A stretch of DNA of 64,000 nt from Sarea resinae (taxonomy: Eukaryota): assembly GCA_026026165.1 (NCBI GenBank), contig JAPEUD010000103.1, forward strand, positions 1 to 64,000. Reading direction: 5' to 3'. Within the stretch, counting starts at the first letter, position 1; the number at the start of each line of letters is the position of its first letter. Under the pieces are notes generated by a model. That model made no database searches, was not told the origin of the DNA, and was given only the letters and a program-made list of their open reading frames with translations. Both the position numbers and the translations under genes were made by a program. This document shows, piece by piece, positions 51,336 through 63,104 of the stretch.

Positions 51336-52220
51336 ACTCTCTATTGCTTGTCTCTGTCTCTTACCCTAACCTACTGCCTGAGGTGTGTGGCTTTGCACCA
51401 CTTCCACAGGTCAGCAGGGGCAAGACGGGCCAACTAGGGAGTCTTTGACATTTTCTGTTTCCTCTGAGTGTCACTTTCTCCTCGCGGTATGAGCTTTCAG
51501 TACGGTATGATACGATACGATGTGACACGATACGACGTGATACGAATAAATGAGCCGCAGGGGTGTAACGTTGTTCTCACTTCACGCAACCATGATTGAC
51601 GGCTACTTATCTCTCTATCTTTCTTGAGCATGGCATCCTTCCCCAATTCCGACCTTTCTCTTTTCCTCTTGCCTTTTTCTTTTGTCGTTTCTTCTACGCC
51701 ATGAGGCGCCGGGTATTCGCAACTATGGGCACTGGAGTGAATAGCGGCTTTGTTCATTCTACTACTTACATGCGTACGTCATGTGCATGCATACAACACT
51801 GGTTGATTGTTTGTACTGTACTGTACTGCGTCGTTTGCTATCGTACAGTGTCATGACACGAAGCCGCACTCACCGCTATCCATCTCCTTCATATTCCCCA
51901 TGTTTCCCTTTTTTTTCCCTTTCCAAGTCTTTATTTGCGACGTATCAGTACTTGTGGCAGACTCATTCGCCTCGAGTGATCGTCCATAAGTCGAGTCGAG
52001 TCGGGTACGATGAAACGCACCCCCATCATCCCTTTCTTTCATTCTTTTACTTCTTTCATTCCCTCCCGACGGCCACACATAGGATAACAGGTGGCGGCCC
52101 CGCTATCTACAGCCTACCTGCCCCTTGGGATCGAGTCGAGGGTGTTGTTGCACAGGAAGGAATTCAAGCTCCAATCTTTCTTTTTTTCATCCAGAGAGAG
52201 GGGGGGACGGGGCATGGTAC

Positions 52221-52481
52221 AGATCGCGGGCAATCCGCTTGATCTAGACAGGGGTTCCAGGATCGCGGGTAATCCGCTTGATCAGGAGAACATTACAGAT
52301 CGCGGGCAATCCGCTGGATCTTAGATAGATATAAAAAACACCCAATAGGCAGATCTTGTTGCCTACCTAGCTAGCCTAGCTTAGCTGGGGGCCGAGCTAG
52401 ATGGAGTTCAGGTAGAAAGATAGATAGCCACTCAAAAAAAAAAATGGAAAAATCATAGATCGCGGGGAATCCGCTTGATCT
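52221..52481. repeat. Four copies of a 23-bp self-complementary unit GATCGCGGGNAATCCGCTKGATC
   Basis: Copies at 52221-52245, 52261-52283, 52297-52321 and 52457-52481, separated by unrelated spacers. Confidence 0.92.
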
Positions 52482-53159
52482 CTATCAAATCAAACCTACC
52501 TACTCAGTCTTGTAATCTCGGTATCGGCATCTGTCTCGATGCCCTACAATAAACTAATAAACTACCTATAGTATGGCTCGCGATTTCATTCACTTGACTC
52601 AGGTAGATAGATAAATAGATAGATAGACTGATAGAGAGATAGATAGGAAGACCCTCGATTTATTGGATTTGACTTGATTCGATTCGACCTAGATAGCACA
52701 CAGAACGACAGAAACAAAACGAGCATCTATATACACCGATTTCGAGCAAGAACTCACGAAACGGGACAAAGGAAAAAAGGAAGAAAGAGGAAACTATGAA
52801 AAAGGTGGCCCCGGGGGGAGAATAGTGAGATGATTGATTGGACGGATGGAGGGAGGGAAGGGATGGATGTGGGGATGTGGGTGGGGGGGAGGGAAAAGGC
52901 GATTCGTTGCATCAATGCTAGCCGTCTTTTGATGGTACATTTTGCGGTGGTGGTTGAGGGTGTGAAACCCGAGGGGATGAAGAGGGTGGGTGGATGTTGG
53001 TGTTGGGGGTTACTAGGCTGGCTTTTGATCGTCTTCAGGGTTTTTTTTAATCTTGGTCGGCTGGCTTTTCTTCATGCACAGATAACCTAGGATACCGGGG
53101 GGAGCGGAGGAAGAATCATGGTAATGGTGGCGATGGTGGTGATGAGGGGTGTGGGACAA

Positions 53160-54418
53160 CTAGGCAGAGTCGCGCGTGTATTTCCCGACGACGATGCAAT
53201 GGTCTCGCTCGAAGGGTTCTGTAAGGCAGAAGTGTTAGCGGTCTTGAGAGCGATAGAAGAGAAAAGGGTAAGGGGCGCGAGGGGTGGAGAAAAGAAATAA
53301 AACCTACCCAGCGTAAGCTGTTCCAGGGGCTTGATCCGATCATCGCGCATCTTCTGGACCTCCCGTGCAAAGACGGCCTCGGGAGCCGCTGTGCTGTCGA
53401 TACAGTTCGCCTTGATGGAAATGACGACGCCGCCGTTGTTCTTCAGGAACAGATGCGCGTTCAAGGCCACGATACGTGCTTGATCGGGTTGGGCCACATC
53501 AGCGAAGATGACGTCCACCATGCCGACCAGCATGCGGTACTTGAGCGGGTGACGGGCGTCCTCGATGATGGGGATAACGTTGGTGCGGTGCGTCGCCATG
53601 TTGATCAAGTCACGACCGGATCGGTGGGAGAACTCGACAGCGAAAACGGTGCCCGTGGGGCCGACAATGTCAGCAACGTGAGAGACCGAGGTACCGGAGG
53701 CGGCACCAAGATAGAGCACCTTGGCGCCGGGGCGGATGTAAATTTCGTCGAGACCGCCGAGGATACCGGCTGCAAGCTTGCTGCGGAAGGGATTCCACAC
53801 GCGGTATTCGATCTTGGTGGCTGGGGGCGCGGCCTCGCCGTTGGTGGCTGCGGAGGATTCGATGGCGATGCGCTTCTCGCCGTAGACGGATTCGCCAGGA
53901 GTCAAATTCTTGGTGACGAGGAGATCCTCTTTGCCGTGGGCAACGAAGACGCCGGCATGACGATGAGGTTCCTAGTATTGTCAATCATTGGTTTTTGGAG
54001 ATGGACTCCTGGCTTAAGAGGCATACAATGACGGTTCTTTGACCTCCCTTGGCTCCACCACGACCTCCTCGGCCTCCTCCACGTCCACCGCGGCCACGGT
54101 CACCTCCTCGAGGAGCTCCACGGCCACCACGTCCACCTCTCATTGGGGCACCGCCTAGGCTCAGTCAGCTTCAAAGCTCGATATCATTTCTCTGATAGCG
54201 ATCTCGAGAATCGCATGTTTCGAGATGGCGATTTCGTAACTCTCAAAACAGAATCAGTGCCGATAGAGATGAGAAAATGGCTAACCTCTTCCACCACCAC
54301 GACCGCCTCTGCCTCCAAAACCACCACGATCGCCGCCTCCACGACCTCCGAAACCACCACGATCACCCCCTCCACGGCCTCCAAAACCGCCGCGGCCTCC
54401 TCTAGGTGTAAAGGCCAT
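53160..54418 (-). CDS. NOP1: Fibrillarin, rRNA 2'-O-methyltransferase (3 introns)
   Basis: GAR/RGG N-terminus; [64 protein letters not shown]. Confidence 0.98.
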
Positions 54419-55047
54419 TCTGAATAAGCGTTCCTCTGATGATGTTGATACTGAGGTAAGGGACGCTCTGTGGTGACGATGCTTGTCCTGGTGTCGCTCA
54501 CTTTTCTTCCGTAGCAGCAGCAGCAACAAGCAACGACTTTCTTCACTTTCACTCTTTCTCGCGCTAGTCGATGTTCGCTTATGGCAACTTTTCCTCTCGG
54601 CTTTCCTAGCGAATGGCCTAAGCGAAGAGCCGCATCGGCCTCGACCTTAGCCTACGGAGTACAGCGAGGAGAGATCGAGACAGTATCTGGTGACTGGAGC
54701 GTGAATGCTGGTGAGAACATGAAGGCAATTCGATCAATTACAATCATTTCAGTATTCAACCCATTTATGATACTTTTACGAAAGAGTGATGAATGACAAA
54801 GCATGGATCAGCTTGTAGACAGACGGAGAATTTGCATATTGCTGTAGAAATGGATAGGTCCTCGTGCAGACTTCGTCCTCCTTCAGGGCTACAACCCTAC
54901 CTCCACTGAGATTCTCGCTTAGCCACACTCGCTCACCACCACTACCGGGGTCGGCCAAGATTGAAGGAAGTTCGCAAGAAACGAACGAGTCGACTTGACA
55001 ACGACCTCACACGACGACACGACAATCACCATCACCCAACAGCCAAG

Positions 55048-55993
55048 ATGGTGAGTTCTGATCCTGCGAAACCCATTTCGAATATAGAATCCCCCGCCGT
55101 CCTTTTCGTGCCCACGATCTTGTTTCCAGGGCTGCCTCAGTTGTCTCAATGTCCGGATCTTCAAAGACGACCTTGCTAACACCACGGCGCTCCTCAGGTT
55201 CGGTACGCCGCCACCTCGATCGAGTCCTCGAAATCTGCCAAAGCGCACGGACAGTACCTGAGGGTTTCCTTCAAGAACACCCGTGAGGCATCGCGCGCCA
55301 TTGCCGGAAAGAAGGTCGACCGCGCCATCGCTTACCTCGAGAATGTCATCGCTCACAAGGAGGCCGTCCCGATGAGGAGATATGCCGGCAGCACTGGCCG
55401 TACCGCCCAGGGTGAGTTCCTTCTTGAGAGAACTCAGAAGCGTACCGCAAGGATGGGAGCTGTAGAGAAACGGGGAGGACTGCGCATGGAAGGGATTCAA
55501 TATGGCAGAACAGTGCTGAGATGATTTCGTGATTACAGGCAAGAACCTCGGCGTCTCCAAGGCCCGCTGGCCCGTCAAGTCCGCCGAGTTCCTTCTCGGT
55601 CTCCTCCGCAACGCTGAGGCCAATGCCGACACCAAGGGTCTCGACACCGGTAACCTGATCGTTAAGCACATCCAAGTCAACCAGGCACCCAAGCAGCGAA
55701 GACGCACATACCGTGCCCACGGCCGAGTAAGCGGACCCCATCTTCCGTTGTTTTGCTTGGATTGGCACAGCATGTGTCAAGGCTCAAGACGAGCTTTTTT
55801 GGCTATCTGTGGACCGGGCTAATCCACTTGTGAACAGATCAACCCCTACATGTCCAACCCGTGCCACATCGAGCTCATCCTGACTGAGGGCGAGGAAGTC
55901 GTTCAAAAGTCCCCCCAATCCGTCGAACGCGCCGTCCACCTTAGCTCCCGACAGCGTGGTGCCCGCCGTCAACGCGCCATCACGGCCGCTTAG
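55048..55993 (+). CDS. RPL17: 60S ribosomal protein L17 (uL22; ATG-only first exon, 3 introns)
   Basis: M|VRYAA...[11 protein letters not shown]...[21 protein letters not shown]...[25 protein letters not shown]. Confidence 0.98.
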
Positions 55994-56532
55994 ATTTTCT
56001 TTCCTCGCGGGATGAATTGAATTTGCGGTTGTCTATTTTGACGTGTTGAGCGTTGTTGCTGGTCCATGGAGAATAAATGGTGGAAGGGGGGGGTGTTGTG
56101 GTTTGAGGAGGGAGGACGAGGTTATGACGCTGCCAGGTCGTTATATTACTCGAGACAATGAAACGAGCATCTCTGCCTCTGGGTCTGGTGTGATCCTGAG
56201 GATTGGCTTCATAGGGCAGGGGCAATTTCCAATCCAAAACAAATTCCTACGTTCGAGATCTCTCGATCCGCCCTCTTTCTTGGAACTATACTCGTAATCT
56301 TGACATTTGATTGAGACCCATGCTATTTCATCCGTGACTCTAAACTTTTGGCTGTCCCTCACCAGCTTCTCCCTTTCTCCCCTTTCCGCTGCCTTTTCCC
56401 TCCATACGACCGTAAATCAGCCTCTGCAAGCACTCCTCACATCACTCCCAAGTCCCCCCCTCCCCTCATCTTATCCTCCGGCCCCTCTCCCCACCAGCCT
56501 CTGAACCAGAACCACCTTCTCCCTCCAACATC

Positions 56533-57401
56533 CTATAATTCCCGCAGATACTTCCCCACCACCTCAACAACGACCTGATGGTCCTCCTCCTGCTTGAGCC
56601 CGCTCACGACGATGACCCCGACGACTCCCTCGACGCCCTTGACCTTGACGGGGAACCCGCCACCATGGATGGCGTATTCGCCGGCGGCCGACGGGGACAG
56701 CATGTATTTGGCCGCAAAGGCGGCTTCGTTCCCGCTGAGCTTGTTGTGCATGTACCACGTGGACACGCCCCAGCGCAGCACGGTCTTGCGCTTGCGCGAT
56801 ACCCAGGTGTCGTTGTCGGGGGTTGTTCTAATAGGGGTGGTGCCGTTGGGCGGCCGGCGAGTTAGTTTGGGGACTGGCTGGGTCTGGGGGTGTGATGATG
56901 AGGATGGCCGGGGGTGGTGGTTGTTAAGGGTGGTTGGTTGGTGGGATGATTATGTGTGAGGGGGGGAGCAGGGGAGAAAGAATGTGGTTAAGGGGAAGTA
57001 CGGCGGAGAAAAAAGCACGAACCCAGATCTCGAACAAGCATGATAGAGCAATTGATTCCCGTTGGCGAGCGAGATGTTCACGACGGCCGGCGCGTCGAAG
57101 TCGAGGAGGCGCCGCCGGAGCTGGCTCCCGATGTTGTAGGCATCGTCGGCCGTGAAGTGCGGGAATCGCAGGCTCGATTCAATATGGGAGATGGCGTCGA
57201 GCTGTTTGTTTGGGCTCGTGCGATGCCCGATGGCGTTAGTTTGGGTTATGCGTTATGTAGGCATGTATGTATGGGTCATGTATAAGGTGTGTATGTATGA
57301 ATGGGCAGGGAGAGAGAGGTTTGTTTTGCATATTGATTGAGTGTAAAGGGGAGGCTTTTTGAGACTCCACGCACTTCTCGCGGCGGTTGAGCTAAGGCCA
57401 T
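56533..57401 (-). CDS. UPF0303/YBR137W-like (GlcG/HbpS haem-degrading fold) protein (2 introns)
   Basis: Spliced FPHFTADDAYNIG...SG|TTPDNDTWVSRKRKTVLRWGVST...YAIHGGGFPV.V.GV...VSGLKQEEDHQVV. Confidence 0.85.
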
Positions 57402-58279
57402 TTTTTCCCTTTCTCTCTCTTGCTATTCCTGAAGAGCGGAGTCAAGTTCGACGCAAGGGATCGAGAGGTCCTCAAGGGCGGGAGAGAGGTCCAGTAGAGT
57501 GATTTCAGAAGAGCGGTATTGGGTCAGGGGGTGAGGGGTGGAAATGGGGATGTGAGAGGTGAGGAAAATCGCGCCGGACTGGACACTGCGGAGTGGTGGG
57601 GTCCAGTGGTGGGGTTGTTTGTTTTCTTAGTTCCGAAGCACCTCGTTTTAAGTCCGCTCTGGGTACTGTTGTGCGCTATTAATGGAACGACGGGGGGGTT
57701 GGCAGCTGGAAGATGCCCCCAGAACATTATTTTTATTGTCTGACTATCTGCTTTATTCTTTATATTTCGGTCAGCTTTGGTTGTAGAAACGGGAGATGGA
57801 AGGTGTGCATCTATTTAGATGCAATGGATGTGATATTGAGATCGATACAGGATCGGCATCTGACGTCGATGTGCATGGAATAAGTCTTGCGACCTAGTAT
57901 TCTCGTTTCAGGCCTCTCGCTGTGACCGACTTCACCTCACTTTCCTTTTTGCGCCTTCGATTACTGTCATCTATATTCCTCTCCTTTGATTTACCTGACC
58001 TCTCTGATTCTCTTCTTCTATCCCATACACAAGGCATTGGCTATAGAGCTCCGAGTCTACCAGAATAATTATTTCTCTTATATATTATTGAGTCACTATA
58101 CTATTGTAGCTACTTCTCTATGTCTTACAATCTAATTGCAGACTATTTGATAAGACTTAACTTATCATCAGCAGTACACAATTGATCATAGTTGTATCAC
58201 GTCCAAGGACATCCTGACGCACACACTTAGACGCAAATTTTACTGACAAGAGCATTGTTGCCTTGTAAAGCTTCTATAG

Positions 58280-58640
58280 TCAGAACCCCTGCAATAGACA
58301 TGATCCTACTAAATGTCCACTTTGAGTCAGATCTTGTAGAACGGCGTCTGCTACTAGAGTCTTGATTAGATTGCATAGCACTATCACTGTGTATCTCATA
58401 TCTATCGAGATCCTGATAAGACTGCTATCAGGAGAAAGTGACACAAGACAAGTCAGAGGCAAGGAGGAAAAGGCCCCTGAAGAGATATTATAGAGCAAGG
58501 CAGTCACCACAATCACAGCCGGGCTAGACAGAGTGACTAGGGCAAATATCAACGCGCCATAGAAGATAGTGAATCGAAGGAAAAGATGGAACAGACCAAC
58601 CTTATTCACGAAGATGTTAGGCATGCGATAATAGCCCGTT
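58280..58640 (-). pseudogene. Degenerate C-terminal fragment of an MFS monocarboxylate (MCT/Mch-like) transporter
   Basis: Translation PNIFVNKVGLFHL...LLYNISSGAFSSLPLTCLVSLSPD..LIRISIDM...LIKTLVADAVL resembles recalled MCT motifs (LADKxGPFN, LYGFFSG, IGTRxGM, IGTPIAGAIL). No N-terminal half is present and the flank is AT-rich. Confidence 0.72.
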
Positions 58641-58747
58641 ACAAGAACTAAGTCATTGCGCTGCAACGGTTTTGAACTCTTTTCTTGACGGTTCACAACT
58701 AAACTTGGTCAAGTTCAGAGTACCAAAAGGGACCCTTGTCTTTCATC

Positions 58748-60751
58748 ATGACATCCAGAACTCTCCCACATACAGTCTTCCAAACCCGTCGCACCGATGT
58801 TATCATCGTAGGTGCTGGGCCCGCTGGGTGCATGGCCGCAGCAACCCTGCAACGATATGACATCGAGTGCTCTCTGATCGACAAGCGTCCAACGCGAACG
58901 CAGACAGGGCATGCGAGTGGTGCGTAGGACGGCCCTCTATGTCTCCAGATAGGGTTGACAGCCAGTTCTGATTCATGCATATTGTCATCTAGCTTTCCAA
59001 CCTCGGACTCAGGAGATCCTGCAGACGATGGACCTGCGCCACGACCTTGACTGCAAGGGACACCGTCTCACCGAAACGTCATTCTGGAGGCACAATATCA
59101 TCGGCAAACTGATTCGAACCTTTGTGGGTGCTGAGGTAGTTCATCGTAAGTGCTGGACCCCTTAAAGCCTGCTGTGACCGACACCTAATCCAGCTGATCC
59201 GTCACAACAGCGACCCCTTATAAGTACCTGTTCAATACCGATCAGGGAATCACGGAAGACACGTACGAAAAGTATCTCTCCTCCAAAGGCCAGAAGGTGC
59301 ACCGCTTTATGGAGCTGGTCCATTTCGAGTACAACGACAACCATGAATGGCCGCTTACCGCATATATCAAGAACAACGTCTCCGGTGCCATTGAAGCTTG
59401 GTTGACTAAATATGTACTGGGCTCCGATGGTGCGAGAGGCACCACGCGCAAGGTCACTGGAGTGCAGTCATCTTTCCAAGGCGGCGAGGATGTCTGGGCA
59501 GTGGCAGACGTTTACGTTGACACGGACTTCCCTGATTATCGACGACGGTGCGCCATTCGCACCCCCCATGGTGGCTGCATGTTGATCCCTCGTAAAGATG
59601 AGGGGCTTCGAATCTTTTTACAGCTTGATGAGATCAATCAAGCACTCTTGAGCCCTGCGAACAGTCATCAGGGTCGAGATGCCCTTTGCGAGGATCGGGC
59701 CTATAAGCTGACCCAAATTGTCCAATCGCATATCCACAAAGTGATTCATCCATTCAAAATGAACATCACGAAAATCGTTTGGATCAGCCAGTATCATGTC
59801 GCCCAGCGCGTTGTTGACCACTTCCATGACCAACGCCAGCGTGTTTTCCTCCTGGGGGACGCATGCCATACCCATAGCCCGAAGGCTGGGCAGGGAATGA
59901 ACGTCAGCATTTCTGATGCATACAACCTCACTTGGAAATTGGCGCTCGTCATGAAAGGGGTCGCGAGCCGCAGTCTGCTCCTCACCTACGAACAGGAGAG
60001 GCTTCGAATCGCCCAGCAGCTGATCGAGTTTGACGCCCGCTTTGCCCGTCAGTTCGGACAGAGAGACCAACTCGACAGTCAAAACCTCCGTGATACATGG
60101 GAAGAAGGCCACGGCTTTACCAGTGGATGTGGTTATGAATATCCTGCCAGCCCGATTGTTGACCCAGTGGTCCGGACAGAGATCAATAATCAAGCAGCAG
60201 AGCCACTGAAGCCAGGGAAGCGTCTGCTCCCAATTGATTTGATCCGGCACATTGATGGTACCCATGTCGGTCTGCTAGATGTCATGCCGTCCAATGGCAG
60301 GTTCCACTTGTTCGTCTTCGCCGGCAAGCAGCTCATTTCGTCCACGATCAAGGTACTGGCAGAAGCCCTCAATTCGCCTCAGTCCCCTCTCAACCTGTTC
60401 AATGGACTGCCGGTGGATCTCATGGGACCCTTCCGTCACGAGGATATAACGACGGCATCGGTGCCCGCCACCAACAAACAATATGTTATCGACCTCTTCT
60501 TGCTCCATTCGTCTGATCACTTGAGCGTACGACTTGAGAGCCTGCCAGCGCCATTCTCTACTCACTGGCCGACGAGGGTGTATCACGATGTCGAAGGTGC
60601 GGGCCACAAACAGTTGGGCGTTCCCGAGGAATCTGGTGCTTTGGTTGTGGTGAGGGCAGACGGCTACGTTGGAATGGTCACGGGCTTGGATCAGCTCGGA
60701 GACGTGATGGTTTACTTCCAGAGATTTCTCATCGCACGTATTCTGGCGTAG
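58748..60751 (+). CDS. FAD-dependent aromatic hydroxylase, phenol 2-monooxygenase family (2 introns)
   Basis: DVIIVGAGPAG, YVLGSDGARG, TDFPDYRRRCAI, RVFLLGDACHTHSPKAGQGMNVSISDAYNLTWKL and a C-terminal thioredoxin-like domain (VVVRADGYVG). Confidence 0.92.
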
Positions 60752-61355
60752 TAGGTAGTGCAAAAGGTCGCTTCCATGGTTTCTCTGTATTTGAAATTGC
60801 CTTCTCCAATAGTCTTTTCTGGTTCCAACCACAACAATGTAGGCCATCTTCACCGTAGCGATCAAGTGTTTCCTACCTTACTACCTGAGTAGTATGTAGA
60901 TGCTGCCTCTTCGGGTACGAAGATACCTACCTGATCCGATCGATGTTGAGAACCAAACCGTCGAGGGCCAGTACTCGTACGAAGTACAGTGGTTACGCCT
61001 GTCCGATGGCGCAATCCGTTCTAACCTCTGATGGAGGCCATCGAGGCCATCGAGGCCATCATTCTCCGCATTAGCTCAGGGCTAGAACTTCTCTACGCGG
61101 TAGACCAAAGCTATCTTTCGGCCGTGGAGGGGGCCCTGCCAGGACAACATCATGATCACACTGAAATTGTGGGCATCATCTAGTACGTCACGGTAAAATC
61201 GGCATGGCTCTGGTCAAGTCGAATATTGGCAGATGGCCTTGACATTTATGTGCCTCTGTCGCCTCGTGAGAATGGCATCAATTGAAATTCCGTCAAACAG
61301 CCTACGGACAGCCTTTCTGTGTCTTTTCTGTGTGTTCGTGGGCCACATGTGAGAT

Positions 61356-63104
61356 ATGCAGTCCGTCCGGCAATACCGCCAGCTGCGCGACCGCATTGAA
61401 GACGAGAGCAGGACTCTCCCTTCTCCCCATTCAGCATCTCCAAGTCCAAGCCCAAGCCCTGGATGGCTAGAAAGCCAGTCTGATGCTCATGCTGGTAACG
61501 TCGTGCCGTCCAAGGGCAACGTGGAAAACGACCAACCCATTCCCGTTGAATGGGACGGCCCTAATGACCCCTTGAATCCACGAAACTGGACTTTGGCGCG
61601 GCGCTCGTGGGTTTTCATCATCCTCTGGATCAACGTCTTCGCTGTCGATTGGGCATCGTCGGCCGACTCGCAAGCTGGCAAAACGATTGCCAAAGAGTTT
61701 CATGTCAGTGAGGAAGCAGAAGCGCTCTCGCCGAGTCTCTACACGTTTGGCATTGCGTTCGGAGCGCTGTTTGCAGGCCCGATTGCCGAGACGGTGGGAC
61801 GCAATCCCATTTACGTCTTGTCGAGATGTCTACATGTCGTCTGGCTTTTAGGTGCAGCGTTGGCTCCGAACTTTGGGGCCCAATGCGTCTTCCGTCTTTT
61901 CGCGGGCCTTTCTGCTAGCATCCTGCTGGCGATTCATGCTGCCAGTATTGCGGATATCTTCGGTCCCCTGGAACGGACGGTGGCGTGGCCTCTGATCGCG
62001 CTGGCCTCTTTCTGGGGTATGTGTTCTGTATCACTGCTGAGAGCGGCCGCAGATCGGATCGACTAACATTTTATGGCAGGCACGGCTTTCGCGCCCGTCG
62101 CCGGTGCATGGATAGAACAATCGGATATCGGCTGGCGCTGGACAGAGTGGATTGCATTAATACTGTCCGGCTCAACCCTGATACTAACTCTCTTCTGCCT
62201 TCCTGAAACATTCTCTCCGATCCTCCTCTCGTGGAAGGCTGCACATCTTCGTCGTGTCACGGGAGACAACCGTTACAAAGGAGAGCTTGAATTTCAAGAT
62301 ACTCTTCAACAACGTTTCAAAGTTGCTCTTGCCCGAGCATTCCACATGCTCACCCGCGAACCTGTCGTGGTGCTACTCGGCGGATGGCTAGTCGTCGAGT
62401 ACATTGTCGTCTTCGGATTTCTTCAGGGGTTCACTTTCATCTTCGGTGACACCTATGGCTTCAAACGTGGTCTCATAGGGACTTCCTTTTGCGCTATCGC
62501 CATTGGTTGCGCATTATGGACGAGCTCTATCCCTTTCTACTACCATTACTACAAGAAGAACGTCGCCAAGATCCACGACGAACGGACGGGCGGGTGCGAA
62601 AAATCGGAGATGAAGAAAGCCAACTCGCCGGGGACAGATCTTCCACAACCGGAATATCGCCTCTGGTCTGCCGTCCTTGCTGCTCCTGCTTTTCCAATCA
62701 GTCTTTTCTGGCTCGGGTGGACGAACTACAAGTCGATATCTCCATGGCCAGATCTCGGCGCTGTGGTACTACTCGGATTCTCCTGGGCTGGAATCTATGT
62801 CACAGTCTACCAGTATATTTTGGACGTCTACGGCATTTACGCAGGTAGCGCCCTCGCGATTATCACTTGCTGGAGATATCTGGCGTCTGGCGCCATCAAT
62901 ATGATCTCAAGGCCGATGTATAATGGCATAGGTGTGCATTGGACAGCGACGCTGCTCGGGTGTCTTGCATTGCTCTTGATGCCGGCTCCGTTGGTCTTCT
63001 ATCATTTTGGACCGACTATCAGAAGGAAGAGCACGTTTGCAAATAGATACAGCCGGCCTGGAAACCCCAGACTTCGGGTTGGGGAAGCTACAGGGTGGCG
63101 CTAA
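61356..63104 (+). CDS. MFS drug:H+ antiporter, DHA1 family (1 intron)
   Basis: WDGPNDPLNPRNW, GPIAETVGRNP, GWRWTEW, LPETFSP.LL, PEYRL, YQYILDVY..YAGSALA, PMY..IGVHW. Confidence 0.92.

Noticed and set aside
52221..52321. CRISPR array interpretation of the palindromic repeats
   Set aside because: Eukaryotic context, no cas genes, only 3-4 units, and spacers of ~15 nt are too short.
54158..54285. Box C/D-like motif in NOP1 intron 1 (ATGATAT...CTGA) suggesting autoregulation or a snoRNA
   Set aside because: The putative box C lacks the terminal GA needed for a K-turn, and the CTGA is part of the branch site. Only a 7-bp hairpin (ATCTCGA/TCGAGAT) is evident.
27249..60751. Phenol-degradation gene cluster (dioxygenase + hydroxylase)
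   Set aside because: The genes are 30 kb apart and separated by about a dozen unrelated, mostly housekeeping genes.
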